Virus record (IMG/VR): IMGVR_UViG_3300007513_000001
Span: 1 to 64,000 of that record
Length of the DNA stretch: 64,000 nt
Strand: one strand, 5' to 3'
Below the pieces are notes generated by a model. It ran no database searches and had not been told where the DNA came from. It saw only the letters and a list, made by a program, of their open reading frames with translations. Shown one piece after another: positions 26,829 to 34,777 of this stretch (positions are counted from its first letter, which is position 1; each line of letters starts with the position of its first letter). A program made the position numbers and the translations under genes.

Positions 26829-27135
26829 TAAAATCTGGGCTTGGATGAACGAGCACAAATATTTTTCAGTTTTTGGATCTGGAGTCATCATTGACTTTTG
26901 GGCAAACTGGTATTCCTATGCTATTGTTCACGATTGGATAGTGCTACAAGCGGTGTTGGGGTTTTTCTTGCCAATTATGAATTTTCCATTTATTCACTGG
27001 TTTATTGATGAAAAGGATATTGCGGAAAGGTTTAAATTGTGCCTTTGCAGCGCATTTGCAATGGTTCTTGGTTCGACATTGATGTTGCTGATGATTAGAG
27101 AAGGGATTGGATTGGGCACGGATGCAATTCCATGA
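26815..27135 (+). CDS. multi-pass membrane protein
   Basis: Three hydrophobic segments. Confidence 0.55.
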   Translation: MSTLNKIWAWMNEHKYFSVFGSGVIIDFWANWYSYAIVHDWIVLQAVLGFFLPIMNFPFIHWFIDEKDIAERFKLCLCSAFAMVLGSTLMLLMIREGIGLGTDAIP

Positions 27136-27326
27136 AAGTCGGCGATCTAGTAGTTAGAAAAAAATGGGATACTATAGAACACAATCCAACAAAGACAGAC
27201 GGTGAGATTGGTATCGTCATCGAATCTGGCGTTTACGTTGGAAGGAAAGATGTCAAGGTGGCATGGTCAACAGAGATCAGTACAGAAAAAAGCCACAAGC
27301 TAGAGGTGGTCAATGAAGTGCGGTGA
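27132..27326 (+). CDS. SH3/KOW-like miniprotein (MKVGDLV family)
   Basis: MKVGDLVVR...LEVVNEVR. Confidence 0.65.
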   Translation: MKVGDLVVRKKWDTIEHNPTKTDGEIGIVIESGVYVGRKDVKVAWSTEISTEKSHKLEVVNEVR

Positions 27327-27504
27327 TATGATAATGATTCGAGGAGAAAATATTTGGCGTGAAGTTTGTGGAGAAATATATAAGCCAATCTATTGCATAG
27401 GGTTTTATCCTGGCCCGAATCATCTGGCCGCTATAGAGGTTTATGATGGCGCCACAGCTAGAGAAGTTAACGTTGAAGAAATAATTAAATTGGAGAAAAA
27501 ATAA
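27313..27504 (+). CDS. SH3/KOW-like miniprotein (MKVGDLV family)
   Basis: MKCGDMIM; 14-nt overlap. Confidence 0.6.
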   Translation: MKCGDMIMIRGENIWREVCGEIYKPIYCIGFYPGPNHLAAIEVYDGATAREVNVEEIIKLEKK

Positions 27505-27701
27505 TGAAAGCGGGAGATCTTGTAATGTTTATTGACGAGGGCACATATGCTAAGTGGTTCTTTGGGAAGATGGCTATCGTTGAAAAAGCTACGCCAGGAA
27601 AAAGAAGTTGCCGTGTTCGGTGGCTTGAGCCTGTGAAATATTTTGATAGATATACCACCATATCAGATTTCGGGTGGGATAGCTTTGAGGTGTGCGATTG
27701 A
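27504..27701 (+). CDS. SH3/KOW-like miniprotein (MKVGDLV family)
   Basis: MKAGDLVMF...VRW...FEV. Confidence 0.65.
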   Translation: MKAGDLVMFIDEGTYAKWFFGKMAIVEKATPGKRSCRVRWLEPVKYFDRYTTISDFGWDSFEVCD

Positions 27702-27882
27702 ACTTCTTCTTAAGGTGGTAGTTTGGAGATTAATCTCTATTTTGATCACTCTAGCTGTGATGTTTGGACTAACTGGCGATATTAAATCTGCTACGGGTTT
27801 CACTATATTTTTGCATATTTTACTAACTGGGGCTAACTATGGATTTGAAAAATATTGGCAACGAAGATTTGAGGGTCGGTGA
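27643..27882 (+). CDS. DUF2061-like small membrane protein (start uncertain)
   Basis: KVVVWR...T...LTG...EKYW pattern. Confidence 0.4.
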   Translation: MIDIPPYQISGGIALRCAIELLLKVVVWRLISILITLAVMFGLTGDIKSATGFTIFLHILLTGANYGFEKYWQRRFEGR

Positions 27883-28072
27883 CCTGGTAATGTATACACC
27901 TGAAGCGGCCTATAACCTTGATAGGAGTGGCGAGACTGCTTTGGTTGTAGAGACTAATATAGATATGTGGGGAGAAGAGATGATTCCCTCTGGAGTAAAG
28001 CTGCTATGGTCCGATGGAGAGTTTGAGACAGCATATTCAGATGAAGTTTTTTCTGTGAACGATTCTCAATAA
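27869..28072 (+). CDS. SH3/KOW-like miniprotein (MKVGDLV family)
   Basis: TTG start, RVGDLVMY; 14-nt overlap. Confidence 0.6.
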   Translation: MRVGDLVMYTPEAAYNLDRSGETALVVETNIDMWGEEMIPSGVKLLWSDGEFETAYSDEVFSVNDSQ

Positions 28073-28101
28073 ACGTTATATGTAATTTATAGTGGTCTCT
28101 T

Positions 28102-28314
28102 TTGTCCCCCGGGAGGCGCCTTATGGATCTCATAACCGTAGCCATTGTTTTGTCTTTAGTGTATTTCTCGATATCTGCAGTCATGTGGGTAGCGTCAAAG
28201 AAAGAACTAAAAGAACTAGAAAGAAAAAAAGATGCAGAACTGCAGCATTTAAATAAAAAGCTCAAGCGTCTAGCAGATAAAGCTCGAAGAAGAAGAACTG
28301 GACGAAATCGATGA
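28102..28314 (+). CDS. small membrane-anchored coiled-coil protein
   Basis: N-terminal TM helix, basic tail. Confidence 0.5.
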   Translation: MSPGRRLMDLITVAIVLSLVYFSISAVMWVASKKELKELERKKDAELQHLNKKLKRLADKARRRRTGRNR

Positions 28315-29159
28315 GCAGAGAAATCCAACTACTACTCGACAGACTTTTTGAAGAATATGAAGAATTAAACCGAGATGCTTTGCAAGTCATATTAGATGGA
28401 CCATGTAAAATCAGTGAAAAAACCCTTAAAAGAGATTTAGTTATAGGTTCAAAAAAATACGGACTCGGAAGAATGCAAGAAGTTTCTCTCATTACTTCTG
28501 CATGCTCCAACCCCAAGTGGACTAGTGTATTAGAGGTTGGCGTTGGGTATGGTATTTCTACTGTTTCGTTTGCTGGCGCTTTAAAACGTAGAGAGTCTGC
28601 TCATGAAAACCCCAGTGCGCCGAAAATAGTATTTCAAACAGTCGATTTTGCGCGCTGTTTAATACCAGGGTCAAGGGGCCAGGCACCATCTCGACAAACC
28701 AACATAAAAAATCTTCAAAAGCGTATCAAACTAAAAAACTGGAATCATTCAGACGTTGGCTCAAATCAGTGGTTTAGAGAAAAACTATTAAATAAAAAAT
28801 CAGCCCAAAAATTTAATGTTGCTTTCATCGATGGAGATCATTCTTATGAACAAACACGCAAAGACTGGAATAACTTAGAAAAGCTACTAGAAGAAGATTT
28901 CATAGTATTCTTTCATGATCTCATGTGGCGAACCCAAGGCTTAAGATACCCCAACACAGCTCGGAAAGCTTTTGAAGAAATTTCAATAGAAAAATATAAC
29001 AAGCTAATTTTGAATACGCCATTTAGGGTAGGAGTCGTTTATCCAAAAAGCAACTCCAGCACAGAAGAATGGCTAACTAATATTCTAGAAGATTTACACA
29101 TATCGATTAGAGAAACTAATCCAATAAATTGCTCGGAAGCTGAGAAACACGGGTGGTAA
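28311..29159 (+). CDS. class I SAM-dependent methyltransferase (Methyltransf_24-like)
   Basis: VLEVGVGYGIST; FIDGDHSYE; VFFHD. Confidence 0.8.
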   Translation: MSREIQLLLDRLFEEYEELNRDALQVILDGPCKISEKTLKRDLVIGSKKYGLGRMQEVSLITSACSNPKWTSVLEVGVGYGISTVSFAGALKRRESAHENPSAPKIVFQTVDFARCLIPGSRGQAPSRQTNIKNLQKRIKLKNWNHSDVGSNQWFREKLLNKKSAQKFNVAFIDGDHSYEQTRKDWNNLEKLLEEDFIVFFHDLMWRTQGLRYPNTARKAFEEISIEKYNKLILNTPFRVGVVYPKSNSSTEEWLTNILEDLHISIRETNPINCSEAEKHGW

Positions 29160-29162
29160 CTA

Positions 29163-29354
29163 TTGACATATCTTCTTTTCGTTAATGGTAAGTTTTTTGA
29201 TTCTACGAGAAATTGTGATTTAGCATTTGCTTGGTGGAAAGATTGGCTAGATTTAGGACACCGAGCTGGACTGCGATTCGTAGGAGATGATGACAAAGAA
29301 GCTTTGAGGTGGTTAGTTCCTGCAGGGTGCTTGAGAACAGAGACACTGAGATGA
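29163..29354 (+). CDS. hypothetical protein
   Basis: ORF within the operon. Confidence 0.4.
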   Translation: MTYLLFVNGKFFDSTRNCDLAFAWWKDWLDLGHRAGLRFVGDDDKEALRWLVPAGCLRTETLR

Positions 29355-29530
29355 AAAAAGGCGCAAGAGTTAAGATTTTAAATACTTTCGAAAGAGGAAC
29401 TGTGGAACATGTTCATTATATTAGCTCTGCCGGTAGCTGCTCTGTGTATATATCTCATATTGTCGTTTTACTAGACGATGGTAAAAAAATTCATATTGTT
29501 GACTCTAGACTTTTAGAAGTTCTTGAATAG
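29351..29530 (+). CDS. SH3/KOW-like miniprotein (MKVGDLV family)
   Basis: MKKGARVK...LEVLE. Confidence 0.6.
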   Translation: MKKGARVKILNTFERGTVEHVHYISSAGSCSVYISHIVVLLDDGKKIHIVDSRLLEVLE

Positions 29531-29568
29531 ACTAAAAGCCCTGTTATTCAAATAAAAATAATTTATTC

Positions 29569-29598
29569 TGTAAAAAACCTTGCGTAATATGGTATAAT
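29569..29598 (+). promoter_or_regulatory. early-type promoter TGTAAA-N18-TATAAT
   Basis: Motif match. Confidence 0.8.
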
Positions 29599-29624
29599 AC
29601 TACTATAAGGTAAGGAAAGAATCA

Positions 29625-29981
29625 ATGGCGCGCAAACGACGCAACGACAGAAATCACGTCATCTACCTCCTCACCGGTCCCACCGGTCAGAGATACGTGG
29701 GAGTTACCTTCGCACGAGGACGAGCTTGGAAACGATCTGCTAAGATTCGATGGGAAGCCCACGTTCGAAATGCTCTCGATTACGATCGTCAAAATCTCTT
29801 GAGCGTTGCAATCCGTGAGCATGGTGCTTCGAACTTCTCACGTGAAGTTTTAGAAATTGTTCGAGGAAAGCAGAACGCTCACAATCGAGAGAGGGAGCTC
29901 CTCCAACTCATCCAACCCGAGCTTAACATGGAAGGGATGGGACGTAAAGTTAACAGCGCACAGCGCGAGGCGGTAGCATGA
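29625..29981 (+). CDS. GIY-YIG domain protein
   Basis: VIYLL...RYVGVT...RWEAH...RE. Confidence 0.7.
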   Translation: MARKRRNDRNHVIYLLTGPTGQRYVGVTFARGRAWKRSAKIRWEAHVRNALDYDRQNLLSVAIREHGASNFSREVLEIVRGKQNAHNRERELLQLIQPELNMEGMGRKVNSAQREAVA

Positions 29982-30085
29982 AAGTCGGTGATTTGGCTCC
30001 TTGTTTGTCTCATTGCAGAAATACTACTCTGGTCTCTGGTTTTTGGCGGAATATTCGCCGCGGCTCTTCTCTTCTAGGAAAAAAA

Positions 30086-30475
30086 ATGGCTCTTCAATTT
30101 TCTGATCAATCTTTTCTCGCAGACGTTTCTTCTCCAGCAGCTACCTCTCAAGGTGATGGCGCTGTTCTGGTTCCTCTCTCGGTTTTTGGAGACTCTCCTC
30201 CAGATTCGGTTTCAGTTGTAGATTTTGCTGGTCGAGAAGTTTCGTTTGTTCTTTGTGGTCGTACGTATTTTACGGATTCGGCCGCAGGTACTGAGGTTTT
30301 CGCTGGTTGGTCTTATTGGGAAGATGAAGCCTCGGATTATCCTGGCTCTCCAGCCGTTCAGTTGTTTGTTCTTTCTCCTGATTTCGCGGAAGCTGATTAT
30401 CGTGAGGTTTATGATGGCTGGGAAGAAGCTAAAGAGTTTGAGGTCGTCGAACCCGCGGGAGAGGTAGCGTCATGA
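30086..30475 (+). CDS. hypothetical protein in an A-depleted insert
   Basis: AGGA RBS then ATG; lacks Asn, Ile and His. Confidence 0.5.
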   Translation: MALQFSDQSFLADVSSPAATSQGDGAVLVPLSVFGDSPPDSVSVVDFAGREVSFVLCGRTYFTDSAAGTEVFAGWSYWEDEASDYPGSPAVQLFVLSPDFAEADYREVYDGWEEAKEFEVVEPAGEVAS

Positions 30476-30660
30476 AAGTCGGAGATTTGGTAAAGTTCAG
30501 ATGCAACAAGGCGCATTTTGACCGTGCGTACCTGATAATAGAAATCGAAGTTCTTCCCGAAAGAGGAACATTTGTTCGCCTTGTCGGTGATGGACCATCG
30601 GCTTCCGCGCCGATGCCAGTTCAACAATTTCCCTCTTGGCGCTTGGAGCGTGTAGCATGA
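30472..30660 (+). CDS. SH3/KOW-like miniprotein (MKVGDLV family)
   Basis: MKVGDLVKF...LERVA. Confidence 0.65.
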   Translation: MKVGDLVKFRCNKAHFDRAYLIIEIEVLPERGTFVRLVGDGPSASAPMPVQQFPSWRLERVA

Positions 30661-30857
30661 CAGCCGCCGATTGGATCAAGGCAATTAACGAAGCAGAGGG
30701 CAACGAGGTTCTGCGCTTGTGGAATGAATGCCTTAATAGATGTTGTGACAATGAAGCCGACGAGATTACACTCGCGGTTCACAAGGCTTGCGTTGATAAA
30801 GTCTTGAATACAATTGGATTTCCAAGAGACGCGGAGGCTATCAATGAAAGTCGGTGA
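30657..30857 (+). CDS. hypothetical helical protein ending in the junction peptide
   Basis: MTAADW...EAINESR. Confidence 0.55.
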   Translation: MTAADWIKAINEAEGNEVLRLWNECLNRCCDNEADEITLAVHKACVDKVLNTIGFPRDAEAINESR

Positions 30858-31020
30858 TGTAGTCAGACTCTGCTCAAACAATTATCCTCAATACAAGGAT
30901 AAAATCGCTATGCTTATGTGGACACACACTCCGCAGGCGTGGGTGGTGCTAGTAAACCAGAAGCTCCATCCTTACGTTGTTCATGAAGATGACATGCGAG
31001 GACTCAATGAAAGTCGGTGA
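30844..31020 (+). CDS. SH3/KOW-like miniprotein (MKVGDLV family)
   Basis: MKVGDVVRL...LNESR. Confidence 0.65.
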   Translation: MKVGDVVRLCSNNYPQYKDKIAMLMWTHTPQAWVVLVNQKLHPYVVHEDDMRGLNESR

Positions 31021-31228
31021 TTTGGTAATTGTTAATGTGCCTATCGACTGGAACACCGTCCACCCAGAGTCATGTCACGGCGTGATTGTAGACAAGAAAG
31101 TCGTCCGCGAGAACGACGGTATCGACGTAAAAAATCGGACTTGGTTTTATGTCTTGCGTAGTGATACGGGAACTATTGAAAATTTTCACGAAGACTGGCT
31201 GGAGGCAGGAAAAAATGAAAGTTGGTGA
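31007..31228 (+). CDS. SH3/KOW-like miniprotein (MKVGDLV family)
   Basis: MKVGDLVIV...NESW. Confidence 0.65.
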   Translation: MKVGDLVIVNVPIDWNTVHPESCHGVIVDKKVVRENDGIDVKNRTWFYVLRSDTGTIENFHEDWLEAGKNESW

Positions 31229-31403
31229 TATGATTAAGATGGCAACATCCTACCGAAATGACCTGAACCGTCTTGGACTGCTAGTTAGAATCGGTAGACG
31301 ACATAATAACCGACGCGTTGGCACGGTCTTGACAGCCACCGGTATTGAAACGTGGCCACTAGATTCTCATTACGAATACGAGGTGATTAGTGAAAAAAGG
31401 TGA
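31215..31403 (+). CDS. SH3/KOW-like miniprotein (MKVGDLV family)
   Basis: MKVGDMIK...EVISEKR. Confidence 0.65.
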   Translation: MKVGDMIKMATSYRNDLNRLGLLVRIGRRHNNRRVGTVLTATGIETWPLDSHYEYEVISEKR

Positions 31404-31692
31404 TCTGATATCTCAGACCCGGCGACCGGGTGGCTTTTGTACCTTAGTAGAGATATTCAAATCGGAAGAAAGCTACGACGAATCAGACCATGGTTGGACA
31501 GAATATTGTTGGCCAATCTTCCGAGTTGTTCACCCAGCTGAAGGTTTGATCGATGACCCCTCTTATTATTACTGCACTTTAGAAGAACAAGAAGCTTTTG
31601 AAAGGAGACACTTGAAATATTTGTTGCAAAAAGAAGGAGCTGCAGTTCCTGATTGGCTAGAAGAGGAGATTGAAAACGATGCAAATCGGTGA
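31390..31692 (+). CDS. SH3/KOW-like protein with C-terminal extension
   Basis: GTG start, KKGDLI; 14-nt overlap. Confidence 0.6.
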   Translation: MKKGDLISQTRRPGGFCTLVEIFKSEESYDESDHGWTEYCWPIFRVVHPAEGLIDDPSYYYCTLEEQEAFERRHLKYLLQKEGAAVPDWLEEEIENDANR

Positions 31693-31837
31693 TTTGGTAA
31701 AATTTAGAGCGTCCGGACAAACCGTCCTCTACCTTGGATTAATAGACGAGATGTACACATTTTATCATGCTAAGTTCGGCCTTGTGGAACTCTGGGAGCA
31801 GAGGTTTGATATTAGCAAAGTAGAGACAGTAAAATGA
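31679..31837 (+). CDS. SH3/KOW-like miniprotein (52 aa, not in ORF track)
   Basis: MQIGDLVKF. Confidence 0.6.
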   Translation: MQIGDLVKFRASGQTVLYLGLIDEMYTFYHAKFGLVELWEQRFDISKVETVK

Positions 31838-32007
31838 AAGTCGGTGATCTAGTCCAAATAGTCAAAACTAGCAAACTAGAAATGGGCGTTCTCATTGAAA
31901 GATATATTCTACACGCTGAATATCGATTTGATGTTTTGCTAGAAAGTGGAAAGATAGCTAAAGGGTTGCCTATAACTTACATAAAGGTAATCAATGAAAG
32001 TCGGTGA
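31834..32007 (+). CDS. SH3/KOW-like miniprotein (57 aa, not in ORF track)
   Basis: MKVGDLVQI...IKVINESR. Confidence 0.65.
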   Translation: MKVGDLVQIVKTSKLEMGVLIERYILHAEYRFDVLLESGKIAKGLPITYIKVINESR

Positions 32008-32254
32008 TTTGGTAAAAATGAAAAAAGGGCACTCTCCGCCAGGCGTCATCGTAAAAATCGATAAAGATTTCTACGGCGCTCGACAAGCATTTAAAGTTTC
32101 AAAAGTAGATCGTGGCAAGTGTATTCGACCAAACATGGTTAATATTATTGCGCCGACAAAAGATGGGATTCGACATCGTCTTTTAATCTGCTGGCCAGAC
32201 GTCGGATTTTCTTATGAATATAGCTCCGATGTAGATGTGATAAATGTTCAATAA
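31994..32254 (+). CDS. SH3/KOW-like miniprotein (MKVGDLV family)
   Basis: MKVGDLVKM...VDVIN. Confidence 0.65.
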   Translation: MKVGDLVKMKKGHSPPGVIVKIDKDFYGARQAFKVSKVDRGKCIRPNMVNIIAPTKDGIRHRLLICWPDVGFSYEYSSDVDVINVQ

Positions 32255-32268
32255 AAAAGTGTTGTTTT

Positions 32269-32298
32269 TGTAAAAAACCTTGCGTATTATGGTATAAT
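32269..32298 (+). promoter_or_regulatory. early-type promoter TGTAAA-N18-TATAAT
   Basis: Motif match. Confidence 0.8.
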
Positions 32299-32343
32299 AC
32301 TATTATAAGGAACAAGGAATAACCCTCACACCTCGGAGCTCTA

Positions 32344-32805
32344 ATGACTCTCACCACTCGCGAACAGGCCCTCCTCACCAACACTGACGTCCTGGGTTAC
32401 ATCCAGGCGGAGAACGCCAAGCGCGACGCGCAGGCGAAGGCTGAGGGCTGGCAGTTCTGGACCCTCATGGCTGAGAGCCTGGCGGATGAGCACGCCAACG
32501 TCTACGAGCTAGAGCACCGGCTTGCGTGGGGAACTTACAGCGACGTGTACAAGGATGCATATTTCATGCGCCCTCACATTGACCTTAGCGACTGGACCCT
32601 TAGCGAAATCGAGGCTAAGATTGAAGAGATTTGTGAAAGCGAAGCTCGTGCTGCAGAGCTAGAAGCTGAATGGCTCGCTGAGCAGAAGCAGATGGAGCGT
32701 GACCAGATCGCGCTTGGCCTGACGGACACAATGTCGTGCGGCGAAGAGGTAGAGCTGGAGGAATGGGAAATCTACGAGGCGAGAGCCGAAGCAATGGGAT
32801 ACTAA
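32344..32805 (+). CDS. hypothetical early protein
   Basis: GGAG RBS; GC-rich codons. Confidence 0.7.
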   Translation: MTLTTREQALLTNTDVLGYIQAENAKRDAQAKAEGWQFWTLMAESLADEHANVYELEHRLAWGTYSDVYKDAYFMRPHIDLSDWTLSEIEAKIEEICESEARAAELEAEWLAEQKQMERDQIALGLTDTMSCGEEVELEEWEIYEARAEAMGY

Positions 32806-32894
32806 GATGAAATACGACTTCATTATCTGGACCGACTATAGCGGAAAGCTTAAGGGTGAATCCGTTCCACGCAAACGCAAGAGGCAAAAATAAT

Positions 32895-33269
32895 ATGGCA
32901 TACGTAAAGCCTGAAGACATAGTACTTATTAACGAGATGCATTTTCAAAACTTTATGGATTATCGAGAGAAGAAAAACCTCGCAACTCATTGGGATTGGA
33001 TGCATTTGCCTCTAGGTACTATGATGGAAGTCGAAGAACTCATCTTCCGAACCACATCTCGGTGGAAGAGCCGAAAGAAAACTGACGAAGATGGAGAAGA
33101 ATATTCCAAGCGCTCTAAGGGTCGGTCGTGTTGGGTAAAGTGCAAAGTTGTTACTCCTCTTCACTTATCTGGTACGTCGCATACAATTCCCTCTTGGCTA
33201 CTGAAAAAAGCAGTGGTCTCTCATATTATAGCAGAAAGAAACGATGAAAAAGAAGTCCAAGCAAAGTAA
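32895..33269 (+). CDS. hypothetical protein
   Basis: GAGG RBS. Confidence 0.55.
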   Translation: MAYVKPEDIVLINEMHFQNFMDYREKKNLATHWDWMHLPLGTMMEVEELIFRTTSRWKSRKKTDEDGEEYSKRSKGRSCWVKCKVVTPLHLSGTSHTIPSWLLKKAVVSHIIAERNDEKEVQAK

Positions 33270-33435
33270 ACGCGAACAGCAGATTTGGAATCAAATCAAA
33301 GCAGATCGCGCGATTGCTCGTAAAGAATATTTCGAAAAGGGTGGAGAAGCGTGCCGCTGGAATGGTGGCTTGCATTTGGTCACTCGAGTTAGAACATATT
33401 ATAAGCGTAAAAACAAGTGGGGCGATCGATACTGA
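33244..33435 (+). CDS. small basic hypothetical protein
   Basis: ORF within the operon. Confidence 0.5.
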   Translation: MKKKSKQSKREQQIWNQIKADRAIARKEYFEKGGEACRWNGGLHLVTRVRTYYKRKNKWGDRY

Positions 33436-33845
33436 TGAATGTAATTTCTATTTCACAAATAGTGATGAGAAAGATTGAGAATCATCTTGATTCGCCAAGC
33501 CCGGGCAAAATCGCAGCTATTAAGCTTTTGCGAGCAGAAGCACGCCTTGGACTTAAAGAAGCTAAATGGGCAATTGAAAAGCTTCAACACGAAAAGTTTG
33601 GCGCTAACTATCCCCAACAGGCCAGGGAGGGTATGACTATTATCGTCGGCCCGCGCATTAAAAAGCTTGTAGTTAATATGGGAGAAGGCGATGTTGAACT
33701 GGATTTAGAAGAAATGCAAATGAAAGTCTTGTCGAAACTTCAGCTCATCGGCCTCGATGCGTGCGGAGAGCTTTTGGATTTGGTACAAGCCCTCAAGGCT
33801 TTTTCTGACGGAAAGAAGATTGGAGTAATCGAAAATGATACTTGA
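33435..33845 (+). CDS. ribosomal protein bL12 C-terminal-domain-like protein
   Basis: KIAAIKLLRAEARLGLKEAKWAIE resembles KIxVIKxVRxxTGLGLKEAK. Confidence 0.6.
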   Translation: MNVISISQIVMRKIENHLDSPSPGKIAAIKLLRAEARLGLKEAKWAIEKLQHEKFGANYPQQAREGMTIIVGPRIKKLVVNMGEGDVELDLEEMQMKVLSKLQLIGLDACGELLDLVQALKAFSDGKKIGVIENDT

Positions 33846-34065
33846 CACTGACCACATTGTTATTGTAAAGAAACTTGTAAAAGACGAACTAATTCGCGAG
33901 CAAACTCAGGGAGATCGTAAAAACACACGTTCACGAGTCAAAAAGCTCGAAGCAATCTTAGAGTCGATTCGCATTCATGAAGAATGGCAAGAGAAGAAGA
34001 AGACTCTAAACACACGCCACATGACCGTCCGGCCCGGGCTATCAACCGATCCTGTGGATTGGTGA
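33835..34065 (+). CDS. hypothetical protein
   Basis: ORF within the operon. Confidence 0.5.
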   Translation: MILDTDHIVIVKKLVKDELIREQTQGDRKNTRSRVKKLEAILESIRIHEEWQEKKKTLNTRHMTVRPGLSTDPVDW

Positions 34066-34066
34066 T

Positions 34067-34498
34067 TTATTTTTTGAGAGACCCGCAAAGAAAATCAGCA
34101 ACTGGAGAAACAACGCCCCAATTTTCATTGGGGTTTTCCATGTGGTGATTCCAGTGCCACCACATATATTTTTTAGTGAAGGTAGGGTTTCGATGTTGAA
34201 GATTGTGTATTAATAAAAACAGCGCCCCGTAAAAACAAATTGCAACATAAGAAGCGACTGAAACTTTGAGAAGAGGGAGATGAAGAATTGCGAGAAATAA
34301 AATACCAAACTTTTCTCTAGCAGTAGTTCGAGGATCAGAAAAATTTTCTCTTTTTGCCGCTACGTGGTGGTCTCTTAAGTGAAAAGCAAAAACGCTGTTT
34401 TTCTTTTTCCCCAGCTTGTGAAACAAGTATTTATGAACTAACAATTCAACAAAGTTTGCGTATAATAAAGACCCAAGGACGATCGCGACAGTAAGCAT
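34067..34498 (-). CDS. fatty acid hydroxylase/sterol desaturase family
   Basis: His boxes HKYLFH, HLRDHH, HNLQH, HWNHH; NWGV; TM helices. Confidence 0.8.
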   Translation of the reverse strand: MLTVAIVLGSLLYANFVELLVHKYLFHKLGKKKNSVFAFHLRDHHVAAKRENFSDPRTTAREKFGILFLAILHLPLLKVSVASYVAICFYGALFLLIHNLQHRNPTFTKKYMWWHWNHHMENPNENWGVVSPVADFLCGSLKK

Positions 34499-34585
34499 AA
34501 TTTGTTCCCTATTAATAGATATACGAATTTAACTTTTGCTTGTAAATTTCTTATCATAAAAATATAGTTTATTAGGAGGAAACTT

Positions 34586-34777
34586 ATGGAAACCCCAACA
34601 AGAACTACGCGTTTAGACATTTTAAAAGAGCGCCACCAATCGCTGGATGATGAAGCAGATGCATTGTCATCTCAAAACTATCTTTCTGCTACTGAAAAAA
34701 TGAAGCTTAAGAGTCTAAAGGTTTTGCGCCTCAGAGTAAAAGACGCAATAACACAACTTGAAAGCGAGAATGAATGA
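34586..34777 (+). CDS. DUF465/YdcH-like protein
   Basis: LKERHQSLD...LKSLKVLRLRVKDAI; AGGAGG RBS. Confidence 0.7.
   Translation: METPTRTTRLDILKERHQSLDDEADALSSQNYLSATEKMKLKSLKVLRLRVKDAITQLESENE

Noticed and set aside
29625-29981. Intron-encoded homing endonuclease
   Set aside because: Free-standing, with its own promoter and RBS; no interrupted host gene or intron structure seen.
29978-30085. 5' extension of ORF 29978-30475 as one SH3 protein
   Set aside because: Only MKVGDL matches the family; an internal RBS and ATG at 30086 is the more plausible start.
29997-30430. Diversity-generating retroelement
   Set aside because: No reverse transcriptase or template/variable repeat pair is visible in this window; kept only as a testable alternative.
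16557-31720. Minus-strand ORFs containing TKSPTFIDH-like peptides (e.g. 25104-25691, 19973-20359)
   Set aside because: This peptide is just the reverse complement of the junction repeat.
19786-32007. CRISPR array or integron interpretation of the junction repeats
   Set aside because: Inter-repeat segments are 150-300 nt coding ORFs; repeats are degenerate and non-palindromic; no cas or intI gene is in the window.
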